From Pseudocitrobacter corydidari (GTDB lineage: Bacteria; Pseudomonadota; Gammaproteobacteria; Enterobacterales; Enterobacteriaceae), in the NCBI RefSeq assembly GCF_021172065.1, contig NZ_CP087880.1, forward strand, positions 639,111-679,110: a stretch of 40,000 nt of DNA, read 5' to 3'. Of this stretch, positions 23,189-31,359 are shown one piece after another. A program made the position numbers and the translations under genes. The notes below the pieces were generated by a model, which was not told where the DNA came from, ran no database searches, and saw only the letters and a list, made by a program, of their open reading frames with translations. Numbering within the stretch: position 1 is the stretch's first letter; each line of letters starts with the position of its first letter.

Positions 23189-24580
23189 ATGGATAAAAAA
23201 CTCTCCCGACGTCGCTTCCTGTCGGCAGGCGCTGCGCTTGCCGCAGTACCTCTGCTCCACAGCCCCACTGCACGCGCGCTGGGGCGTAATGATGCAGTCG
23301 ATATCCGCAACTATCTGGTCGGCAATGACTGGATCAGGGCATTTCGTCAGGCGTTTGACGACGCCGACATTATCGACGTCCCCAAAGGCGTGATTTGTGA
23401 CAATATCAACACCGGCATCATCATGCCGCCGGGTAAAACGCTGCAGGTTAACGGCACCCTGAAAGGCAATGGTCGTGGGCGTTTTGCGCTGCAGGATGGC
23501 TGTAAAGTGGTGGGGGAGGGGAGCCTCAATAATATTACCCTCGACGTGCGAGGTTCTGACTGCACCATCGAAGGGCTGGCGATGAGCGGCTTTGGCCCGG
23601 TGGCGCAAATTTACATCGGGGGCAAAGAAAAAAGGACGATGCGCAATCTCACCATATCGCGGATTAATGTCAGCCAGGCCAACTACGGTATTTTACGTCA
23701 GGGATTCCATAATCAACTCGATGGCGTAAAAATCACCCACAGCAAATTTAGCCATCTTCAGGGCGATGCCATTGAATGGAACGTCGCGATTAACGACAAG
23801 AATATTCTCATCTCCGATCATGTGATTGACCATATCGATTGCACCAATGGCAAGACCAACTGGGGCATCGGTATTGGGCTCGCAGGCAGCACCTACGATA
23901 ACGACTATCCGGAGCACCAGGCGGTAAAAAACTTTGTCGTCGCCAACATCACCGGCAGCCACTGCCGACAACTGGTTCACGTCGAAAACGGTAAACACTT
24001 TATTATCCGTAATATTAAGGCACGAAATATCACCCCGGAATTCAGTAAGAAAGCCGGAATTGATAACGCAACGGTAGCAATATATGGATGTGATAATTTC
24101 GTTATCGATGGTGTGGATATGGTTAATAGCGCGGGTATGCTAATTGGCTATGGTGTAATCAAAGGGAAATATCTGTCGATACCGCAGAACTTCAGGGTAA
24201 ATAATGTGCGGATGGATAACCGCCAATTAACGCTAAAGCTGCGGGGGATACAGATCTCCTCGGGGAATGCGCCCTCGTTTGTTGCGCTGACCAACCTCGA
24301 TTTGAACCACGCATCGCTGGAGATTCACAACAAACCACAGCACATCTTTATGCGTAATATCAAGGTGATACAACCCACTTCGCGCGGGCCGGCGCTACAG
24401 CTCCACTTCGACTTACGCAAGGATGTTCGCGGGAAGTTTATGGCCAAACAGGAGACGCTGCTCTCAATGTCAAATATTCATGCGGTCAATGAAAACGGCC
24501 AGCGATCGGTGGATATTGACCGTATTGATCAGCACGTTGTCAATGTTGATGCGCTGAATTTCACCCTGCCTGGACGCTGA
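23189..24580 (+). CDS. wcaM: Colanic acid biosynthesis protein WcaM (Tat-exported, beta-helix-like)
   Basis: 463 aa. Twin-arginine signal ([19 protein letters not shown]...ARA). Colinear with E. coli WcaM as recalled. Last gene of the cps cluster. Confidence 0.95.
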   Translation: MDKKLSRRRFLSAGAALAAVPLLHSPTARALGRNDAVDIRNYLVGNDWIRAFRQAFDDADIIDVPKGVICDNINTGIIMPPGKTLQVNGTLKGNGRGRFALQDGCKVVGEGSLNNITLDVRGSDCTIEGLAMSGFGPVAQIYIGGKEKRTMRNLTISRINVSQANYGILRQGFHNQLDGVKITHSKFSHLQGDAIEWNVAINDKNILISDHVIDHIDCTNGKTNWGIGIGLAGSTYDNDYPEHQAVKNFVVANITGSHCRQLVHVENGKHFIIRNIKARNITPEFSKKAGIDNATVAIYGCDNFVIDGVDMVNSAGMLIGYGVIKGKYLSIPQNFRVNNVRMDNRQLTLKLRGIQISSGNAPSFVALTNLDLNHASLEIHNKPQHIFMRNIKVIQPTSRGPALQLHFDLRKDVRGKFMAKQETLLSMSNIHAVNENGQRSVDIDRIDQHVVNVDALNFTLPGR

Positions 24581-24691
24581 ATTTTTAGCCGAACCCACCT
24601 CTTCAGACGCATTCTCGGATTGTATCCAGAGATTTAGCGGTATTTACCCGATACTATGAGAAAACATAGTGGATCAAACATGTTTAATAGC

Positions 24692-24697
24692 TATAAT
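24692..24697 (+). promoter_or_regulatory. Possible sigma70 -10 hexamer for galF
   Basis: A perfect TATAAT lies 30 nt upstream of the galF ATG. Only a weak -35 is present (GTGGAT/TGGATC at 16-17 nt spacing). SD AGGTGG is at 24713-24718. Sequence match only. Confidence 0.3.
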
Positions 24698-24726
24698 TCA
24701 TCAACCGTATATAGGTGGACACGATA

Positions 24727-25620
24727 ATGGTTAATTTGAAAGCAGTCATTCCGGTAGCCGGGCTGGGCATGCATATGCTCCCTGCCACCAAGGCCATTCC
24801 TAAAGAGATGCTACCGATCGTTGACAAGCCGATGATCCAATACATCGTCGACGAAATTGTTGCTGCAGGGATCAAAGAAATCGTCCTGGTCACCCACGCC
24901 TCCAAAAATGCCGTGGAAAACCACTTCGACACCTCCTACGAACTGGAAGCCCTGCTGGAGCAACGCGTTAAGCGTCAGCTGCTGGCGGAAGTTCAGTCCA
25001 TTTGCCCACCGGGCGTTACCATCATGAACGTGCGTCAGGCACAGCCGCTGGGCCTGGGCCACTCAATTCTTTGCGCGCGTCCGATCGTTGGCGATAACCC
25101 GTTTGTGGTAGTTCTGCCCGATATCATTCTCGATGGCGCATCCGCCGACCCACTGCGTTATAACCTTGCTGCGATGGTGGCACGTTTCAACGAAACGGGC
25201 CGCAGCCAGGTGCTGGCGAAACGTATGCCGGGCGATCTTTCTGAATACTCGGTTATTCAGACCAAAGAGCCGCTGACCGTAGAAGGTAAGGTGAGCCGTA
25301 TCGTTGAGTTCATCGAAAAACCGGACCAACCGCAAACGCTGGATTCCGACCTGATGGCAGTAGGGCGCTATGTGCTTTCCGCTGACATCTGGGCCGAGCT
25401 GGAAAAAACTGCCCCAGGTGCCTGGGGACGTATTCAGCTGACGGATGCTATTGCCGAGCTGGCGAAGAAACAGTCCGTTGACGCGATGCTGATGAGCGGC
25501 GACAGCTACGACTGCGGAAAGAAAATGGGTTACATGCAGGCGTTTGTCCAGTACGGGCTGCGCAACCTGAAAGAAGGGGCCAAGTTCCGTAAAGGGATTG
25601 AGAAACTGCTGTCAGAATAA
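24727..25620 (+). CDS. galF: UTP-glucose-1-phosphate uridylyltransferase-like subunit GalF
   Basis: ATG at 24727 gives [43 protein letters not shown]... (297 aa). The GLGMHM variant of the GalU GLGTRM loop is diagnostic of GalF. The ORF-track GTG at 24715 is rejected. Confidence 0.97.
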   Translation: MVNLKAVIPVAGLGMHMLPATKAIPKEMLPIVDKPMIQYIVDEIVAAGIKEIVLVTHASKNAVENHFDTSYELEALLEQRVKRQLLAEVQSICPPGVTIMNVRQAQPLGLGHSILCARPIVGDNPFVVVLPDIILDGASADPLRYNLAAMVARFNETGRSQVLAKRMPGDLSEYSVIQTKEPLTVEGKVSRIVEFIEKPDQPQTLDSDLMAVGRYVLSADIWAELEKTAPGAWGRIQLTDAIAELAKKQSVDAMLMSGDSYDCGKKMGYMQAFVQYGLRNLKEGAKFRKGIEKLLSE

Positions 25621-25658
25621 GACACTACGCCACAACACGGAAAGTTGGTGATGTAACA

Positions 25659-25720
25659 GAACGGCAGATGATTGTGGTTGAGGAACATCTCATTTCACAA
25701 CAGCTGCCGTTTTTGCTTTT
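25659..25720 (+). terminator. Probable rho-independent terminator after galF
   Basis: AACGGCAG..TTGTG (loop) CACAA..CTGCCGTT forms an interrupted stem, followed by TTTTTGCTTTT. Confidence 0.55.
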
Positions 25721-25893
25721 AAAAACAATAACTAAAATTGGTGATTGCGCGGCGTTTTTTGACAAAAATTGCCGGATTTCTCCTTGTCTTACACAGGGAT
25801 TGCGCCCAAAATAGTGAGCTGAATTGGTGGGTGAGATTCATCGCAAATGTGAAGGTTTGCGGTAGGCTGGCCTGCGACATAATGAATTTTGTG

Positions 25894-25932
25894 CAGTGCA
25901 CTGGTAGCTGTTGAGCCAGGGGCGGTAGCATA
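25894..25932 (+). promoter_or_regulatory. JUMPStart element with an ops-like site upstream of the O-antigen cluster
   Basis: CAGTGCACTGGTAGCTGTTGAGCCAGGGGCGGTAGCATA closely matches the 39-bp JUMPStart consensus (CAGTGCTCTGGTAGCTGTTAAGCCAGGGGCGGTAGCGTG, as recalled). The ops core GGCGGTAG is at 25921-25928. It lies 18 nt upstream of the first O-antigen gene. Confidence 0.85.
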
Positions 25933-25949
25933 CCTTTAGTGAGATAACT

Positions 25950-26345
25950 ATGAAGAGAATTATTACTTTCGGTACATTTGACGTCTTTCATGTTGGTCAT
26001 GTTAATATTCTGGAAAGAGCTGCTGAATATGGCAATCATTTGATTGTAGGTGTGAGTTCCGATAATTTGAATTATGCTAAAAAGGGGAGGTTTCCCGTCT
26101 ACAGTCAACAAGAAAGATGTCGAATTATAAGCGCCTTAAAATTTGTTGATGAAGTGTTTTTGGAAGAGTCTCTTGAGCTTAAAAAAAATTACATTTTAGA
26201 GTTTCGTGCTGATGTACTTATTATGGGGGATGACTGGAAAGGACGTTTTGATTGGGTGAAGGACGTCTGCGAAGTTATTTATTTACCAAGAACACCTTCA
26301 ATATCAACTACTGAGATTATTGAAGTGGTAAAACAGTTAAAATAA
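25950..26345 (+). CDS. Glycerol-3-phosphate cytidylyltransferase (TagD/TarD-like; makes CDP-glycerol)
   Basis: 131 aa. HxGH motif in GTFDVFHVGH and the RTxxISTT motif (RTPSISTTEI). Colinear with B. subtilis TagD as recalled (...VFVMGDDWEGKFDFLKD.CEVVYLPRT.GISTT). AT-rich. Confidence 0.9.
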   Translation: MKRIITFGTFDVFHVGHVNILERAAEYGNHLIVGVSSDNLNYAKKGRFPVYSQQERCRIISALKFVDEVFLEESLELKKNYILEFRADVLIMGDDWKGRFDWVKDVCEVIYLPRTPSISTTEIIEVVKQLK

Positions 26346-26420
26346 ATATTGATAATTAACATGATTTTAGATTGAAAAAATGGCAGTCTTTTAGCTTGGG
26401 TTTTTTCTTGAAGGTTAAAT

Positions 26421-27506
26421 ATGAATCATATTTTAAGATTTGCTATTTCACTATTTTCTCTACCAATTGTCTTCATTCTTAGACCATTTATAACTAAAAA
26501 TAAGTATCTTTTCTACTCTCCTCTTGGGCTCAAAGGGAATATCAAATATTTATATGATTATTACAAGGAAAAAGGTGAGTGTTGCGAGTTTATCGATATA
26601 AGTCAGATTACATTGAAACAGCAAATTAAGCTTGTTTTTAATTTTGCAAAAACACGAGCTGTTTTTTTGACCCATGGTTTAGGAAGATTACCCTTAGCAT
26701 GTTTTCTGGTACCAAGAGTCCAATTGTGGCATGGTTTCCCACTCAAAAATATTCTCCTAAATAGCCCTTATGATTTAAATAAATTTAGTTTTATTGGTTT
26801 CAATAAAGTTTATAAGCTGCTTTATAGGTTAAGGATTTATTTTAGCTACACATATTTGGTTACATCTGACTCACTAATGGGAAGGCGATTAGCTAATAGC
26901 TTCAGATATAATGATAATAAAGTTTTGTTTTTTGGTGTGCCCTCACAGGAAGTTGCGGAATCAAAAATCAAAAAGAATAAAGATAATCTTCTAAAAATCC
27001 TATATCTCCCAACTTGGCGAGATGGTTCGGATGATATTAAAGATATATTGTTAAAAATGAAAACTGCTTTTGAAAATAAGTTTTCAACAGATAATGAAAT
27101 TAATTTAATTATTAAGTTGCATCCATATGAATTGAAACGAATTGACGTCAAAAAGTTAGAAAGCACTAATGTCAAATTTATTAATTCAGATGTTTGTGAC
27201 ATGGTGGATTTTTATTCTGAGTTTGATTGTTTAATTACGGATTATTCCAGTGCTTGTTTTGAGTTTGCACCCGTTTCTAAAAGTGTAATTTTCTATACTC
27301 CTGATATAGATAGATACATGAATAACCGGGGGTTTGATGAACATATGAATATGATGATAAGAAAATTAGGTATTCGTGATGTTGATGATTTACTAGCCGC
27401 TCTATTACAATTAAAAAACAATGATAAATTTTTCGCGTTAGATTATACCACGTATGTTGGAAGTAGTAAGGGGTGTATGGAATCCATTTATGCAAAATTT
27501 AAATAA
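26421..27506 (+). CDS. CDP-glycerol glycerophosphotransferase (TagB/TagF family)
   Basis: 361 aa. Family-typical blocks are present: VQLWHGFPLKNI, ILYLPTWRDG, IKLHPYE, LITDYSSACFEF. SD GAAGG lies upstream. Confidence 0.85.
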   Translation: MNHILRFAISLFSLPIVFILRPFITKNKYLFYSPLGLKGNIKYLYDYYKEKGECCEFIDISQITLKQQIKLVFNFAKTRAVFLTHGLGRLPLACFLVPRVQLWHGFPLKNILLNSPYDLNKFSFIGFNKVYKLLYRLRIYFSYTYLVTSDSLMGRRLANSFRYNDNKVLFFGVPSQEVAESKIKKNKDNLLKILYLPTWRDGSDDIKDILLKMKTAFENKFSTDNEINLIIKLHPYELKRIDVKKLESTNVKFINSDVCDMVDFYSEFDCLITDYSSACFEFAPVSKSVIFYTPDIDRYMNNRGFDEHMNMMIRKLGIRDVDDLLAALLQLKNNDKFFALDYTTYVGSSKGCMESIYAKFK

Positions 27507-28272
27507 TTCATTAGTTTCAATTATTATGCCTATATATAATGGTGAGGCCTATATTCATGATTCTATATCATCAGTTAAAAAACAAAGTTATGATAATTGG
27601 GAGTTAATAATTATTGATGATCATTCAAATGACGCAAGTTTACAAATAGCGCAAAAATATGCAGAGCAAGATGAAAGGGTCAAAGTATTTCAAACAGAGA
27701 TGCTTTGTAGTGGAGCTGCAAAAGCAAGAAATTTGGGAGTTCAATATTGTACTGGTCGATATATAGCATTTCTAGATTGTGATGACTATTGGTCTGCTAA
27801 TAAAATTCAGTTGCAAATAGCATTGATGAAAGAACATAATGCTAATTTTTGTTATGGGTCTTATGCTATATTTTCTGGTCATGTAAACAACCTCATTGGC
27901 GAATTTCGGCCACAATCACTAATAAGTTACAGCAAATTGCTTAGGGGATGTGATATTGGTTGCTTGACCGTAATGTATGATTCATATGCCTTGGGGAAAC
28001 ATTTTTTTCCTATGGTTGATAAAGAAGATTATGCTCTTTGGTTAAAAATACTTAAGTCTGAGCATGCCAGAGTAGTGCTCTGTGAAAGTATTATTGCTTT
28101 TTATCGAGTGTCTTCAGAATCACTCTCGTCTAATAAATGGAGGGAGTTAGTACGGCAATATAATGTTTATCGCAGGGTTGAAGGTATTGGAGTGCTCAAG
28201 TCTCTATTTTATTTATCCTGTTATGCGTGCTATGGATTGAAAAAACATTACATAAATTATAGAGGTAAATAA
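27490..28272 (+). CDS. Glycosyltransferase family 2
   Basis: From ATG 27490: MQNLNNSLVSIIMPIYNGEAYIHDSISSVKKQSYDNWELIIIDDHSND...FLDCDDYW (GT-A fold, DXD). The ORF-track start at 27454 lies deeper inside the preceding gene. With 27490 the overlap is 17 nt. Confidence 0.88.
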   Translation: MQNLNNSLVSIIMPIYNGEAYIHDSISSVKKQSYDNWELIIIDDHSNDASLQIAQKYAEQDERVKVFQTEMLCSGAAKARNLGVQYCTGRYIAFLDCDDYWSANKIQLQIALMKEHNANFCYGSYAIFSGHVNNLIGEFRPQSLISYSKLLRGCDIGCLTVMYDSYALGKHFFPMVDKEDYALWLKILKSEHARVVLCESIIAFYRVSSESLSSNKWRELVRQYNVYRRVEGIGVLKSLFYLSCYACYGLKKHYINYRGK

Positions 28273-28273
28273 A

Positions 28274-29578
28274 TTGATAATGCGTGATGATAAATTCATC
28301 CATAGAACTTTTTTTATAGTTTTTTTCTTTTCTATATTTTGTTCTTTTAATTTTTTGCCATTTATTAGTGCCGAAGTGCAGCCTGTAATTGGTGTGTTCA
28401 TTATAGCATACGGTACTGTTCAAATACTTTTAAATTTAAAGTTATCAAGCACATCCTTTAGTATAGTAATATTCCTGTTTTTTCTGGCGCCTTCATTTGT
28501 TATAGGGGTTTTAACAAAAGCTTCAAACGGGATTACAATATTTTTCTATTTGATTGGTCCGGCTGTTTTTTGTTACTTTTATAAATATTTTGGATTTTTA
28601 CAAAAAAAACATTTAGTTATAATATTGACTGTTTTTTTTATTGTTTCAATTATTCAGGCTATTTCTCCTGATGCTATTAATGGTATTATTAATCCTATAT
28701 TTGAAAAAATAATTAAACGAGGGCGTCTGGGTTTTTATGGCGGTGGGCGAGGTGTAGGTGTTCTATATTCTGAACCAGCGCATGCTGCAAAGTACATATT
28801 TTTATTATCAGTACTGCTGATAACGATGATTATTTCCCCTAAGTTATTTCATGATATAAATACTCATTACAATAAAAAGAATATATTTCTAGTTTTCATG
28901 CTTGTTGTATGTATTTTTTTAAATAAAAGCGCATCGCTTTATGCTACTTATTTAATACTTTTGTTTTTTTATTTGTTTTTTTATTTTCTGAGTGCAAATG
29001 TCAATCGGTTGTTATCATTTTTTATTATTGCGCCAATGTTATTATTTGCAGTTTATGTTTTTATTTTGTTTGGGGGATATAATTTCCTACCTGAACGTTT
29101 ATCCGGGATCATGAACTCATTCCTTGAAGTTAGGAAGGATTTTAGTTTAGATGATTTACAATATTTTGGAAGTATCAGAATAATATCTGTTATAGCGGGA
29201 TATGCTGGAGCATTTATCGAGCCTTTAGGGGTCGGTTTAGGCAATGGCGGGGATGAGATATTTCAAATTATGGAGAAAGTGGGTTTTAATACTAATGCTA
29301 TTTCCTTCTTGACGAGCCAGGATGTTGAGTTCCTTAAGCCTAATGCATATGGAGCTCAAATTTCACTTGATGCAGGTATTCTGGGTTTTGTTATAGTAAT
29401 GAGTTTTACTATTTATTTGCTTTCGAAAATTAATACAGCAACTAAAACACATTGTTTTTTTAGTTCGCTATTAGCTTTGTCAATTTTTCAGATATTGTTT
29501 TTCAGTACCACTACTGTTACGGCTCCCTGGATGACCTTGGCTTTAAGCTTATTTGCATTAAAAAGGTTAAAGAGATGA
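28274..29578 (+). CDS. wzy: O-antigen polymerase (Wzy-like / O-antigen ligase-like polytopic membrane protein)
   Basis: 434 aa, very hydrophobic, ~10+ TM segments. C-terminal block GVGLGNGG...(x~35)...PNAYGAQISLDAGILGFVIV resembles the Wzy_C pattern (GxGxG ... HNxxLxxxxExGxxG). TTG at 28274 has SD GAGGT 7 nt upstream. An alternative ATG is at 28280. Confidence 0.75.
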   Translation: MIMRDDKFIHRTFFIVFFFSIFCSFNFLPFISAEVQPVIGVFIIAYGTVQILLNLKLSSTSFSIVIFLFFLAPSFVIGVLTKASNGITIFFYLIGPAVFCYFYKYFGFLQKKHLVIILTVFFIVSIIQAISPDAINGIINPIFEKIIKRGRLGFYGGGRGVGVLYSEPAHAAKYIFLLSVLLITMIISPKLFHDINTHYNKKNIFLVFMLVVCIFLNKSASLYATYLILLFFYLFFYFLSANVNRLLSFFIIAPMLLFAVYVFILFGGYNFLPERLSGIMNSFLEVRKDFSLDDLQYFGSIRIISVIAGYAGAFIEPLGVGLGNGGDEIFQIMEKVGFNTNAISFLTSQDVEFLKPNAYGAQISLDAGILGFVIVMSFTIYLLSKINTATKTHCFFSSLLALSIFQILFFSTTTVTAPWMTLALSLFALKRLKR

Positions 29579-30321
29579 ATTTGATCTTAAATAATTGGTA
29601 CTTATATGTCATTCCCTTTTTATATGGCATGATGCTGCTCATTGAGTTCATATCACAATATAGTCGAGTGGCTGGATATTTTATTGATAAAAATGCAATA
29701 GCCTATTCTTTGCAGAATACTACTTTTACTTTAACACGTTTCTTCTCTGTATTGCTGATGCCTCTGATTGGTCTTATGGTCGATAGTGGTTATACACCTT
29801 CTATCTTCATAGTATGTGTGCTCTTATCTTTCTACTTTGCGGCTATCTTAGGTGGTGGAGTATATTTCTTACGTAAACCAATTTGCAACTTTTATATAAG
29901 ATTCATTATAAACTATGTCAATGGTAGAGGGATCTTTCATTCGTTTTTCAGGTCTATTTCCAATAGTAAAGTGGAAGGAATAAAAGTTGATATTTCAGAT
30001 ATAGATAACTTTAAAGTTGATTATAAATATTTCTTTATTGCATGCTTTGTTTATTCTATTCATGCTATAGGGATCTTCATGACTTTTTATTTTGCTCTAA
30101 TATCGCCTAGTCATAAAATAATGATTACGCAAATGTCTGGTGTTATAAATGCCTTTGCAACTTTATTATTAACTTTTAAAATTGATCCTGCGCTTTCGGT
30201 AGCCATTGAGAGGCGTTATAATTTTATTTCTGCTTTTATGTCAATATTTTATGCTCGAATTTTTGTATTCTCAGTTATTGCGCCGGCTATATTTTTATTA
30301 CTCTATAAGGCAACTGTTTAA
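29575..30321 (+). CDS. Small six-TM membrane protein, candidate Amj/DUF2837-like flippase (function unverified)
   Basis: 248 aa. ATGA overlap with wzy. Hydrophobic segments at roughly residues 7-27, 51-69, 75-99, 152-176, 183-202 and 218-244, with a basic central loop at 100-150. Blocks SRVAG (30-34), PLIGLMVD (63-70) and MSGVINAFATLLLTFKIDP (187-205) resemble, from memory only, conserved blocks of B. subtilis Amj (YdaH). The coding call is solid; the family call is tentative. Confidence 0.8.
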   Translation: MNLILNNWYLYVIPFLYGMMLLIEFISQYSRVAGYFIDKNAIAYSLQNTTFTLTRFFSVLLMPLIGLMVDSGYTPSIFIVCVLLSFYFAAILGGGVYFLRKPICNFYIRFIINYVNGRGIFHSFFRSISNSKVEGIKVDISDIDNFKVDYKYFFIACFVYSIHAIGIFMTFYFALISPSHKIMITQMSGVINAFATLLLTFKIDPALSVAIERRYNFISAFMSIFYARIFVFSVIAPAIFLLLYKATV

Positions 30322-30324
30322 ACA

Positions 30325-31269
30325 ATGACAATGAAATTTTCAGTTATAATCCCTCTTTATAATAAAGAGAAATATATTGCAAGTGCAATATGGTCCATCT
30401 TGGATCAGACATATCAAGATTTTGAAATAATAGTGGTTGATGATGGTTCTACAGATAAAAGCGTTTGTGTTGTTGAAAACATAAATGATACGCGTATAAA
30501 ACTAATAAAACAAAAAAACTGTGGCGTTTCGTGTGCAAGAAATACTGGAATTAATAATGCTGTTGGCGACTATTTACTTTTTCTCGACGGGGATGACATT
30601 TATTTGCCAAATGCGTTAGAGCATTTCTCTTTTTTAATTGAAAAATTTCCTGATAATGGTTATTACTGCTCTAACTATTATAGGGTTCGCGACGGGCATA
30701 AAACACCAGCAATAGATGTATCAAGGATTTTGGGTAAAAAATTCGAATATGGTGTTGTGGATAATTTTTTCTATATAGCCGCATATCATCCTGGATCTTT
30801 TCCATGCCATGCCTCAACTTTCTGTATTGAAAGGAAATCACTATTAATCAGTGAGTTGACTTTTCCGAATGGGGTTACTCATACAGAGGATGTTTATTTC
30901 TGCTCATTATTAGCGATGAAGTTTAGACCGGTATTCTCTCGGGAATGCATACATGAATATAATCTTAACACTGAGGCTAATTCCAGAAATACCAGGCCCA
31001 CAAATGAAAGATTTATCATTGAAGAACTAAGGAAATATGTTGATACTATTCCTTGGTTAAAACATTTCTTAGCTAAGAATATTATTCACTTGCTTTATAA
31101 TTGCCTTGAGTTTGGGGACCAGGTTAATTTTTATAAGCATAAAAAAGAACCTATGTTTTCATATGGCTATATGCTCTCCTCCTATAAAATTCATTTTTTA
31201 GTATTAAAGTTTTTACCTTTTAAACTCCTCCGAAAATTGTACCTTATTAAATTAGGAAGGAAAAATTAA
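30325..31269 (+). CDS. Glycosyltransferase family 2
   Basis: 314 aa. FSVIIPLYNKEKYIASAIWSILDQTYQDFEIIVVDDGSTDKS...LFLDGDDIY (GT-A fold, DXD). Last AT-rich gene before gnd. Confidence 0.88.
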   Translation: MTMKFSVIIPLYNKEKYIASAIWSILDQTYQDFEIIVVDDGSTDKSVCVVENINDTRIKLIKQKNCGVSCARNTGINNAVGDYLLFLDGDDIYLPNALEHFSFLIEKFPDNGYYCSNYYRVRDGHKTPAIDVSRILGKKFEYGVVDNFFYIAAYHPGSFPCHASTFCIERKSLLISELTFPNGVTHTEDVYFCSLLAMKFRPVFSRECIHEYNLNTEANSRNTRPTNERFIIEELRKYVDTIPWLKHFLAKNIIHLLYNCLEFGDQVNFYKHKKEPMFSYGYMLSSYKIHFLVLKFLPFKLLRKLYLIKLGRKN

Positions 31270-31359
31270 AGCTTGTCATCTCCATTTTATTAGTTAATAC
31301 CTTTCGAATATAACGTGCTAAGGTATAAATTGTAGTGAAACCTCATACAGGAGTACATA

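Noticed and set aside
25719-26111. 130-aa minus-strand ORF spanning the JUMPStart and the start of the tagD-like gene
   Set aside because: It overlaps a conserved regulatory element and a strongly supported plus-strand CDS. It has no motifs, and AT-rich DNA readily gives chance ORFs of this kind.
28309-28326. Homopolymeric T7-T8 tracts inside wzy (also near 28961-28990) as possible slipped-strand phase-variation switches
   Set aside because: Runs of this length are expected by chance in DNA this AT-rich that encodes Phe-rich membrane proteins. The tracts are short and the reading frame is intact.
29575-30321. Alternative readings of the 248-aa membrane protein as a truncated Wzx, a family-3 O-acetyltransferase or a GtrA-like protein
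   Set aside because: It is too short and has too few TM segments for Wzx (about 12 TM, 400+ aa) or acyltransferase-3 (about 10 TM, 330+ aa). It is too long for GtrA (about 4 TM, ~130 aa). No frameshift or remnant flanks it. These alternatives are still formally open until an HMM search is run.
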